Source of the DNA: Octopus sinensis
Taxonomy: Eukaryota
Reading direction: 5' to 3'
DNA length: 64,000 bases
NCBI RefSeq assembly: GCF_006345805.1
Contig: NC_043020.1
Coordinates: forward strand, 3,906,001-3,970,000
The translations under genes and the position numbers were made by a program. Positions within the stretch are counted from its first letter, which is position 1; the number at the start of each line of letters is the position of its first letter. Below are positions 12,980-23,900 of the stretch, in pieces. The notes under the pieces are model-generated. The model had not been told where the DNA came from. It worked only from the letters and a program-made list of their open reading frames with translations, and made no database searches.

Positions 12980-13632
12980 TACACTGTGAACACTGCAAAG
13001 GTTGTAAGACGTGGATATCATGAAAACCAAGTTGCCCTAAACTGTGATGGTCAGTGGGTGTGTCTCCTGTGTGGGTGAAGCCATGCCGTTCCACACTTTT
13101 GGAAAGGGCCTAAGGCTTACTTCAGATGGTTATGTGACGATACTGGAGACTGTATTGAAACCCTGGCTGGGGATTGTTACTACTGCTTGAAGGCCACGTT
13201 TGGAAGCAGAATTTGGATCTAACCATACTTTCAGAAAGAGTCAGAAATGGTTGTTGGAGAATTTCTACGGCTTTATCAGGTCCGTTTTCATGCCGCCTAA
13301 TTTTCCCGATCGCAATCCGATGGATTACTATGCGTGGGGCAATTAGAAACAATACCAACCGCTGTGTTTGCAACACCAAGGCCGAGTCGGTTGCCAAAAT
13401 CAAGAAGGCGTCCCAAGATCTTCCCGACGACACAGTGAGGAACGCATGCGCCAGGTTCCGGAACCGTCTCGAAGCAGTGGTGGAAATTGGGTGTGGTTAC
13501 TCTGAGTAAACTGCTATCTCCCAGCCATAATCCAATTGATATCTTTTGCTCTTTTAAAATATCCTTAACTTACCTTAGGACATTGTGTTTTCGATTCCTT
13601 GTGTGCAAACTTTAACCAGAACACTCTTTATA
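12980..13632 (+). mobile_element. Tc1/mariner transposase C-terminal remnant
   Basis: Reads ..SQKWLLENFYGF..FMPPNFPDRNPMDYYAWG and NTKAESVAKIKKA..DTVRNACARFRNRLEAVVE, similar to the WPPxSPDLNPxD catalytic end. Contains frameshifts and stops. Confidence 0.75.
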
Positions 13633-14779
13633 TGTCGATCATATTACAAACAAAACTTCTTGAACCGTTTACATAATTTGACTGTCGCTCTGACAGCTTG
13701 GAGCTATAATCTTTTAGTAAGAGACGTTCTTTCTGGCTTTATGAAACCTATCCTCTCAAGATTGGCAGTGAGACAGTAGTTAGTCACGTAGCCAAGTGCA
13801 CCAATAATCGTGACGATGGCTTAACTGTATACATGTATGTCAGAAGACGTCATTGTGTGTGTATATATGTATATATATGTTTGCATGTGGAGAGAGAAAG
13901 GGAAGATGAAAAAGTGAGAGAGAAAGAGAGATAGCTAGATAGATAGATAAATAGACAAATAGAGCGAGAGAGAGAGGAATACAAAAACAGATCGATAGAT
14001 GACAATATATGTAGGAGCTAAAAATAAAAACCAAGATTTTATTACAAAAAGTAATTTTCATAATTTATGTCGAATTTATCACAGGTTTTTAAATAACTGA
14101 TATAATTGTATTATTTATTACATAGATATGTATAGAGGGGTGTAAATATATGTGTGTATATATGTGTGTGTGTGTGTGTGTATATGCATACATATATACA
14201 CATTGTTTAATTTTATATACATATATTATTTGTACACGAGCATATATATATCCATATATACACATATAAAACTTACTTGGAAGAGGATGCGTGGCGTTCA
14301 ATTATATAATAATATAAATGATAAATATATATATATAAATATGGCTGTCTTAAGCACCACAAAAATCATTCTCTTAGAAAACTACATATCAGGTTTCTGA
14401 AACAAAGAATAAAAAGGGAGCCGGGCGCTGCCCTTCCCTGTCTTAGACAAATATATATATATTTATATAACAAACAGTTATTATTTACAATGGTTATGGT
14501 AGCGGCATCTGTTGTAACGTGTCGTATGTTCAACGGCATCCTTGTTAGCGGAGTCCGCTCAAAGCTGCAGAGTCTCTTCTTACTAACACAATGCTGTTGG
14601 AAATAGCATACGGGTTACACCTACTTTCCTTCGACCCGTCGAAGTTATATAGGAAATGTCGCTGTTTCTTGGATAATTTTAATGAGAAATAATTTCGCTT
14701 TATTAATCACCGGACAGATTGGCGAGGAATACATGTTGACTTTTTACTCTTCGTATTTTCCAAATAACCGAGTATAAGA

Positions 14780-14825
<46 letters not shown>

Positions 14826-14934
14826 CGTACGTGCGTGCGTGTCTTCTGTTCTTAATTATTTAAATTCTTCCTCTGAAGAAGGAGCTGGTTTCTAACCCAG
14901 ACACAAAGCTCCATCTCTGGAATGTAGATAACGA

Positions 14935-15290
14935 AAACAATGTCACATTTTAAACCTGAGAAAAGTCTTGCATAACTTTATTGTTCCACTTATAGATTAT
15001 ATTTGTAATGTGAGAATCAGTTGGTTGATTACTTTTTCTGAAAACCCAAGCTTATCCAGATTAACCGATTATTATTGTTATAAATGTAAATTTGTAATCC
15101 GGAAGCTGGAGGATTCGAAGCAGTTGTCCTTAGTTATCTTCTTTCTCTTTGATTTCCAAAGAGAGATTCACAGCAGCAGGACAGATGACCTTCTTTGATA
15201 ATACATACTTTTCCCTGTCTGTCCCAAACAACAATATCCGGCCCGTTATGCTTATAACGCGATATATGAATACATACGTAAAGAAATGTC
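14935..15290 (-). mobile_element. RLE-type LINE C-terminal fragment
   Basis: Minus strand reads KHNGPDIVVWDRQGKVCII, then after a frameshift KEKEDN.GQLLRILQL.PDYKFTFITIIIG and NLDKLGF. Same family as 11.1-11.35 kb. Confidence 0.7.
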
Positions 15291-15419
15291 TGGAAGCACA
15301 CTCACACACAAATACACATCCATGGAATCAGTTTGCTTCAGTAATTAATGCAGGTTTGAAACAGTTTAGCACAGCTTTCGACAGCCATCGAACCATTTCG
15401 ATCCTGTAATTAATAATCA

Positions 15420-16165
15420 TTGGTACAGTTTCATATTGTCAGTGATAGAATTTTGAAACAACCTGATGTTGCAGTCATTTACATAGTTTGATAAAGTCTT
15501 TCCATCAGATTGATCCAACGATTGAATCGATTTATATAACCAGCTGTATAGATTGATAGATTCTTTATGAGTTCCATGATGTCATCGATATTTTGATACA
15601 AGTTCATAGGGGCTTTGTTATTGTTCGATACAGGCATTGATCCTCTGTAACAGAGGCATCGTTACTGTTTGATACATCAAACTGTTTGATACATCAAACT
15701 GTTTGATACAGCATTGAATACACTTGATGCAGGCATTACTGTCACGTGTCAGAGACACGTGACAGTAATGCTGATACAGCCATTAATACAGTTGTAAACA
15801 CCTTGTTTGATACTGTTTGATATGGACATTCAGTCAGTTCAATAATGCATTTGATACAGTTTGATACAATCATTGATGGAGTTACTTCCTGAATTTGATA
15901 CAACGGGAGATACAATACGATACGGTTATTTCGCTGTTACAGTGGAAGGTACAATGCGATACGGTCATTTCTGCTCATATAAGCATCTTGATACAAGCAT
16001 TGATACAGCGATAGAGTTTGATAGCGTTTTGCATCCAACTTGGTACAACAGACTGATGCAGACTTTCACGGTCACTGATACATTTTCTATACAGCCATAA
16101 ATACAGTGATACAGTTTGATAGAGCCTCTGTGTTTGGTTATCTATGCAGTTTGATACAGCCACTG
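15420..16165. repeat. Degenerate TTTGATAC(AG)-based repeat region with a 17-bp tandem repeat and a perfect 18-bp hairpin
   Basis: Many gatac/tttgatac motifs. ctgtttgatacatcaaa occurs about 3 times at ~15665-15710. Hairpin at 15733-15771. Confidence 0.8.
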
Positions 16166-16399
16166 GTACAGATTCCCACAGCTATTCATATAATTGAAAC
16201 AACTTCTGTCTTCTTTCTGTCTTTAAAAAACACGTGTATATATGTCTCCTTAATGTGAGAACATCCAAGTCTGACGCAGCAAGAAAACGATGTTGACAAA
16301 CCTTCATACATATAAGCTGTTGAGCTTTATGAACATTTAACCATATTTCTTATTCCGTTGACGTTAAAATGCTGTTCCGATATTACAACAATAGTTATA

Positions 16400-16663
16400 A
16401 GGTTTGGGACTCAATGCTTAACGAGGTTATACACTGTCTGTGGCACCCGTTAACTCCCTTTACGTTCCAGTTCTCGGCTATGAGTGTATAGTTTCTGGTT
16501 TCTGAATCAATGGCTAACGGTGGTTGAACATCGGTTCCAGCAGTTGCAGCTGTTTCTTCAGATAGTGCTCTTGCATTTTATGGCAGTTCTAGAGTTTTTC
16601 ATCCAATGCTCGTATGTGGGTCTACCATTTCACATCCTATCGTTGTAGATATTTGTACAGTTT
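16400..16663 (-). pseudogene. Degraded exon-like segment, Thr/Ala/Glu-rich
   Basis: Strong acceptor cttttcttttacag at 16664+. Phase-1 reading ETVQISTTIGCEMVDPHTSIG*KTLELP*NARALSEETAATAGTDVQPP has in-frame stops. 3' end not defined. Confidence 0.35.
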
Positions 16664-16762
16664 CTGTAAAAGAAAAGCGAGGTTGTGAAATCCATAACAA
16701 TTCAGCTGGGAACAATTTAGATGAGAGAAGACCAACTTTTTAAAAGATAACAAATTAATTAC

Positions 16763-18418
16763 CTGTTTTCAATATTGTTGTCAGTGGTGGTTCAATGCCA
16801 CTTTATGATCCACTGGTATCAGATGGTTCAGTAGTTGGAGATATTACCCAATGTCTATTGATTAATTACTCACTGGTGGTTGTAACGGATGATGATGGTT
16901 ACATTGAAGTGAGAGAGAAGTTCTCGTAGATGGTAGCTCAGTGGTTGTATTAGGGAACATTTCGTGATAGTAGAAGGTTGTTCCTGTCTGAGTAGCTGTT
17001 AGCTCAGTGCGGTTAAGCGATTAGTTAGTGGGGGGAGACAACAGTAAAGTTAGGATGGGCTATAGTTCAGTGGTATCAGATTGGGTTCAGAGCGAGTGGA
17101 TTTTGTTCCTCGGTGGCAGGTTTAATATTTGTTTTATATAAAAATATTGTCAACTTAAAAGAAAGAGATGATTGTTCAGTGGGGGTAGTTATGGGCCCAG
17201 GTTTAGTAATCTATTGTTCATGGGAGTAGGTGAACATTTGCAGATGAAGGCTGAGTATTGAGTGAAGGCAATGTGTGGCGAGGTTGATAATTAATGGCTT
17301 AACAGAGTCAGGCTTTACGTCACTAAAGGAGAAGATATCATCCAATGGGGCCAATAAAGACCCAGTTGTTTTGGAATGTAGATATTCTTTTCTATTCTAG
17401 GCACAGGGACCCAAATTTGGGGGGAGGGGGCCAGTCGATTATATTGACCCCAGTACGCAACTGGTACTTAATTTATCGACACCGAAAGGATAAAAGTCAA
17501 AGTCTACCTCGGCGGAATTTGAACTCGGAACGTAAATACAGACGAAATACCGCAAAGCATTTCGCCCGGCGTGCTAACGATTCTGTCAGTTCGCCGCTCT
17601 TTAGGTCGTAGATATTAACATAGAATGAGTTGTAAGTAAAGAAGGGCAATAACTCAATGAGAACGTGGGCGCTTGTTCAGTGGAGGTAGATGGAGTCTCA
17701 AAGGGAAAATCGTAGATAATAGAGCAATATTGGGAGGGTATGAATCGGTAGATCATTGTAGAGTAGTGGTGTGAAACGGTTTAGTTACATTGGAGTGAAT
17801 GAGTTTTCTACAGAAGCAAATGTGAGCCCAACTGTTCCGTGATGTAGGGAGTGGAAAAGGGGATCTGCGAAGTATATGTTAGATGCGAGTGCATTGGAGA
17901 AGACATGTACCTGGGGATGGGGGATGGGGGAATGGTGGGTAGATCAGTAAAACAAGGTGAGGAGTGCAATATGGATCAGTTCGGAAGGATGGAACCTGAA
18001 TGATGGTATAAGAGGGGACGATTGGGCAATGGTGGTAAATGATTGGTGAATTCAGTTGGATGGTGGTCCAGTGGTTGTAGAGGATATTTCAATGGTGGTT
18101 GATGATTGTCCTGTGGGTGTAGAATACGGGTTTTATCTTCTGTGAAAAGAAGATGGTGATTCAAGCTGAATAAAGATGGTTGTTCTGTTGTTGTTGATTT
18201 TTAAAATAGATTTGTGGTCTTCGATGATTGTCCCGTGGTGGTAGACAATAACTCAGTGACTGTCGAAAATATGTTAGTGAGTGTAGATGTCGCTGCAGTG
18301 GTTGTTGATGGTTGTTGCCCGGTTGGTGTAGGCTGTGGTTCTGCGGTGGATTGGGTAACTCCGACAGTTGTGTCTCCACTCTGTCTGTTCCATGCGCCGT
18401 ACCATTGTCGTGGAGGGT
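16763..18418 (-). pseudogene. Degraded Ser/Thr/Pro-rich mucin-like exon with an inserted SINE
   Basis: Acceptor ctcttttacag at 18419+. Phase-1 reading DPPRQWYGAWNRQSGDTTVGVTQSTAEPQPTPTGQQPSTTTAATSTLT.. is followed by stops and frameshifts. Ends IEPPLTTILKTG|gtaatt at 16763 (phase-1 donor). Confidence 0.5.
17405..17597 (-). mobile_element. SINE inserted in the degraded mucin-like exon
   Basis: Minus strand gttagcacgccgggcgaaatgc...gagttcaaattccgccgagg...gtaccagttg has a B-box-like motif. Shared with 2110-2235. Confidence 0.7.
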
Positions 18419-18519
18419 CTGTAAAAGAGCAGATTTGTGTTTCAGTCTACATTTCAAACAGACATCACACGTTTGCTTGATATTAAGAATGGTAGCAATG
18501 ATGCATATAATATTTAACA

Positions 18520-18820
18520 ATCTTGAGAAATTAAGCTTCTCAAAACCAGAAAGGAGAAAGCTAATTCGAAGATTACAGATCCAATCCATCACTGTAACTA
18601 TAAATATCTATAAAAACCTTCCAGAAGTTTATCAGTTGAATGTATATGAGCATGTCTAGATATGTGGCTATATGCAGGAGAATAAATACAATAAACTTAC
18701 AAATCTGCACATACACATAAACAAAAATATCCTGTTGTTGGTGTTGAAATTGCAATGAAGGAGCTTTGGATCTAGGGTACGCTCCAGTTATTGGCTACAA
18801 ATCTTGAAACTTAGATATGT
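18520..18820 (+). mobile_element. 5'-truncated RLE-type LINE: ORF end and 3' UTR
   Basis: NLEKLSFSKPERRKLIRRLQIQSI, followed by gagcatgtctagatatg...cctgttgttg..gttgaaatt matching 11370-11580. Confidence 0.7.
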
Positions 18821-18895
18821 TTCGACCAAAGATTGGTCCAGGCCATGTCTAACTTCATAGCACCACCTGATAGGATTATTTGAATCCTGTTTAAG

Positions 18896-19340
18896 TCAAG
18901 TTTTGTTTATGGTCCATTCAAGTAGTGAGTTTTTGTTGGGTGAGTTGTATGCAATTATGGGTGGCTTATCTGGTATTCCTGGAAGGAATCTATCCAGACT
19001 CCGTTTAAAGTTGATGGGATCCTTTTCCTCTTTGATCTCTTTCGGGACAATGTTAAATAGGGCAGGGCCTGTTGAGGAAAAGAAATTATGTTGCAGTGTA
19101 CATGTATGCTGTGATCTTGAATTGGGCAGGGGACGTATGGCCCGTGGTCCCAGTCTTGGATGAACCTTGAAGCTAATGTTCAGGTCGTTTGGGCAAAGTT
19201 GGCGGTATATTCTCCGCATCGTACAAATGATGTACCGCTCACGGCGACGCTGGAGAGAGTAGAGTTTCAAGGCTTTAAGGCGATCCCAATAATCGAGAGC
19301 AGCCATGCCTTCAATTCGTTTAGTGAGTGCCCTCTGGGGT
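18896..19340 (-). mobile_element. CR1/L2-type LINE ORF2 C-terminal fragment
   Basis: ORF 18896-19384 reads TKRIEGM..LDYWDRLKALKLYSLQRRRERY..FKRSLDRFL..IPDKP. Confidence 0.75.
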
Positions 19341-19389
19341 GATTCATACATATATATATAAAATATATATATAAATGTATGCACATGTG

Positions 19390-20104
19390 GTCGGATTCAG
19401 CTGAAAATATGCACACCTATGTTAAAAGTGCTAGCGAGTTTGCATGGCAACTTTGAGTTTGCTCAATTGAAAGACATGGCCTCTAGGGCAAAATTCCTCA
19501 TCTTTCAAAATGTGGCCCACGTAGACCCGAATGAAATAGGGGTATAATATCGAAACAAGTAAACCAATGATAAACTATTTTAATCCCAAGCAAGACCGGG
19601 TATATCTGTCTAATTTATAAAATGAAGAAGGCGAACATTGATACAAATTGGATTTTTATATAACAAAGGGTCTAAATGGGGCTGGAAGGGGATTAAAATT
19701 TACAGGAGGGGGTAACTTGAGGTGAGAAATTGATTGGGAGACGCTTTGGGGCGCTACAGTGATTGCTTTGGTGTTAAAATGGGTATTTTATTGATTTATG
19801 AGGACACTTGGGGGTCTAGATTGAACACCTTTTGCCCGATTTCAATCAAATTTTCAACATCGTAAAGTGGAAGCGGATTTGTTATTTAAGCGCGAAAAAT
19901 CAATATTTTTTATAAATTGGAGAGAGAGATAGAGAACGATAGGGAGTAAGAGAAAGCGAGGGAGAGTCCGAGAGAAAGGAAGAGTAAGAGAGGAAAAGTG
20001 AGAGAGAAAGACGAGAGAAACAAAGAGGGAGAATGTGGCGATAAGAAACAGAAAGTAACAACCACAACCTCACCCGCGCATAGAGCGGGTCACGTTAAGC
20101 TAGT
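19390..20104 (+). mobile_element. Non-autonomous Helitron-like element; 3' end clear, 5' end approximate
   Basis: acccgc-gcataga-gcgggt hairpin at 20072-20090, then CTAGT at 20100-20104. Internal GA-rich tract. Confidence 0.5.
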
Positions 20105-20923
20105 CAATGTACATGTATATGATGATTATCATTATATATGTCTATGTATATAATTATACGGTGGCAAGGATCCTCTAAATTCACGCCATGCAATACTGAT
20201 GATTATGATGCACTACAGAAAAGAAGACGAGACCATTACACACGACGCTCCTCTGTCGTCCAATAAAAACTTACCTCCAGTTCTCGCCTCTATTAACGTT
20301 TAGTGCAGAAGCGATCAACTACAACAAATGTAATACCTTTCCAAAGACATTTAAAGCACCGACTGCTGCCAGAATGGAGCAGATCAACAAAAGATCAACA
20401 GTTGATCAGAAAAATATCGCCAAAGGTAAAAGCAAACATTCAAACACACCGACAGAGCAATACTTAGGAAGAAATGCACGGAGTTACCTGTTCAGTCCCC
20501 TTCGGCAGGCAAAGCTTCGTACTTCTATTATTGCAGTGAACTGAATAAGCGATTCAGTAATGATTCTTACTTGGATATTATGGAGACTACTAGATGTATT
20601 CATGTAGCTATTAGTGTCTATGTATGAAGAGACCAGTGTTTACCTGTATCTAATTGTAAGACTGTGTCTTTGGAAATGGGTTTCATTCAACATCATTATG
20701 CATGTCACAACCTCAATATTTACGATAATAGTTACGTTGAAAAACAATTCCATTCTGTATTTCCAGCCAAGGCGATTTCACGTCGACACGATCGTCGATA
20801 TTTCACTTTCGTTGAGATTACATCAAGCAAGACACGCCAATCGATGTCAGGATGTGAGAGATGTCAGAATCTGATCGATGCAAAAAGAATTTGGAGAGAT
20901 GTTGCAGAGACTAAAACACTCAC

Positions 20924-23900
20924 CTGTTGTCGTTGGTTCTTCAGTTGTGACTGTTGTCGTCGGTGCTGCTGCTGCTGCTTGGTTGTTCCGTTGTTGTTGT
21001 TGTTGTTGTTGTCGGTGGTTGCTCAGTTATTGCTTTTGTTGGTCTCACATTTGCTGTCCTTCATTGACCAATTGTTGTTGTTGGTTGATCAGCTGTTGTT
21101 ATTCATACGTCTTTTGTTGTTCAGACGTACTTTGTTCACTCAGATAATGTTATTGTTTCATCATTTGTTTTCTTCGTTGTTCAGTTTTTATCCTTGGTTG
21201 AAAAGTTGTTGGATGTTCCCTAGTTCAATTCTTGTTGTGGGTTGTTCAGTTGTTGTTGTTGTTGGTTGTTCAGTTGTTGTTGTTGTTGGTTGTTCAGTTG
21301 TTGTTCTTGTTGTATTGTTCACTTGTTGTTGTTGTTGGTTGTTCAGTTGTTATTGTTGTTGTATTGTTCAGTTGTTGTTGTTGTTGGTTGTTCAGTTGTT
21401 GTTGTTGTTGGTTGTTCAGTTGTTGTTGTTGTTGGTTGTTCAGTTGTTATTGTTGTTCTATTGTTCAGTTGTTGTTGTTGTTGGTTGTTCAGTTGTTGTT
21501 ATTGTTGTATTGTTCGGTTGTTGTTGTTGTTGGTTGTTCAGTTGTTGTTATTGTGTTCTTCAGTTGTTGTTGTTGGTTTTTCGGTTGTTGTTGTTGTTGT
21601 TCAGTTGTTATTGTTGTTGGTTGTTCAGTTGTTGTTGTTGTTGTGTTGTTCAGTTGTTGTTGTTGTTGGTTGTTCGGTTGTTGTTGTTGTTGGTTGTTCA
21701 GTTGTTGTTATTGTTGTATTGTTCGGTGTTGTTGTTGTTTGGTTGTTCAGTTGTTGTTATTGTGTTCTTCAGTTGTTGTTGTGGTTTTTTTTCGTTGTTG
21801 TTGTTGTTGTTCAGTTGTTATTGTTGTTGGTTGTTCAGTTGTTGTTGTTGTTGTGTTGTTCAGTTGTTGTTGTTGTTGGTTGTTCGGTTGTTGTTGTTGT
21901 TGGTTGTTCAGTTATTGTTGTTGTTGGATGTTCAGTTGTTGTTGTTGTTGTTCAGTTGTTATTGTTGTTGGTTGTTCGGTTGTTGTTGTTGCGGGTTCTT
22001 CAGTTGTTGTTGTTGTTCAGTTGTTATTGTTGTTGGTTGTTCGGTTGTTGTTGTTGTTGGTTGTTCAGTTGTTGTTGTTGTTGGTTGTCCAGTTGTTGTT
22101 GTTGTTGTTGTTGTTCAGTTGTTATTGTTGTTGGTTGTTCGGTTGTTGTTGTTGTTGGATATTCAGTTGTTGTTGTTGGATGTTCAGTTGTTGTTGTTGT
22201 TGGATGTTCAGTTGTTGTTGTTGTTGGTTGTTCAGTTGTTGTTGTTGTTGGTTGTTCTTTTGTTGTTGTTGTTGGTTGTTCAGTTGTTGTTGTTGTTGGA
22301 TGTTCAGTTGTTGTTGTTGGTTGTTCTGTTTTTGTTGTTGTTGTTGGATGTTCAGTTGTTGTTGTTGTTGGATGTTCAGTTGTTGTTGTTGTTGGTTGTT
22401 CAGTTCTTGTTGTTGTTGTTGGATGTTCAGTTGTTGTTGGTTGTTCTGTTGTTGTTGTTGTTGTTGTTGGATGTTCAGTTGTTGTTGTTGTTGGTTGTTC
22501 AGTTGTTGTTGTTGTTGGATGTTTAGTTGTTGTTGTTGTTGGTTTTTCAGTTGTTGTTGTTGTTGGTTGTTCAGTTGTTGTTGTTGCTGGATGTTCGGTT
22601 GTTGTTGTTGTTGGTTGTCCTGTTGTTGTTGTTGTTGTTGGATGTTCAGTTGTTGTTGTTGTTTGATGTTCAGTTGTTGTTGTTGTTGGTTGTTCAGTTG
22701 TTGTTGTTGTTGGATGTTCAGTTGTTGTTGTTGTTTGTTGTTCTGTTGTTGTGGTTGGATGTTCAGTTGTTGTTGTTGTTGGTTGTTCAGTTGTTGTTGT
22801 TGGATGTTCAGTTGTTGTTGTTGGTTGTTCAGTTGTTGTTGTTGTTGGTTGTTCAGTTGTTGGTTGTTCAGTTGTTGTTGTTGTTGGTTGTTCTGTTGTT
22901 GTTGTTGTTGTTGGATGTTCAGTTGTTGTTGTTGGTTGTTCAGCTGTTGTTGGTTGTTCTGTTGTTGTTGTTGTTGGTTGTCCAGTTGTTGTTGTTGTTG
23001 GATGTTCTGTTGTTGTTGTTGTTGGATGTTCAGTTGTTGTTGTTGTTGGTTATTCAGTTCTTGTTGCTGTTGGATGTTCAGTTGTTGTTGTTGTTGTTGG
23101 ATGTTCAGTTGTTGTTGTTGTTGAATGTTCAGTTGTTGTTGTTGATTTCTGTTGTGTTGTTTTGGTTGTTCTGTTTTGTTGTTGTGGTTGTTCAGTTTTG
23201 TGTTGTTGTTGTTGTTTGTTTGTGTTGTTGTTCAGTTGTTGTTGTTTGTTGGTTGTTGCTGTTGTTGTTGTTGTTGGTGTTCAGTTGTTGTTGTTGTTGG
23301 ATGTTCAGTTGTTGTTGTTGTGGATGTTCAGTTGTTGTTGTTGTTGATGTTCAGTTGTTGTTGTTGTTGTTGTTCAGTTGTTGTGTTGTTGGTTGTTCAG
23401 TTGTTGTGTTGTTGTTGGATGTTCAGTTGTTGTTGTTGGTTGTTCAGTTGTTGTTGGTGTTGGTTGGATGTTCAGTGTTGTTGTTGTTGGTTGTTCAGTG
23501 TTGTTGTTGTTGGTGTTCAGTTGTTTGTTGTTGGATGTTCATTGTTGTTGTTGTTGGTTGTTCAGTTGTTGTTGTTGTTGGTTGTTCAGTTGTTGTTGGT
23601 GTTGGTTGTCAGTTGTTGTTGTTGGATGTTGTTGTGTTGTTGGATGTTCAGTGGTGTTGTTGTTGGTTTTTGTTCAGTTGTTGTCGTTGCGTTGGATGGT
23701 CAATTGTTGTTGTTGTTGGATGTTCAGTTGTTGTTGTTGTTGGTTGTTCAGTTGTTGTTGTTGCTGGATGTTCAGTTGTTGTTGTTGGATGTTCAGTTGT
23801 TGTTGTTGTTGGATGTTCAGTTGTTGTTGTTGTGGTTGTTCAGTTGTTGTTGTTGTTGGATTTTCAGTTGTTGTTGTTAAATGTTCAGTTGTTGTTGTGT

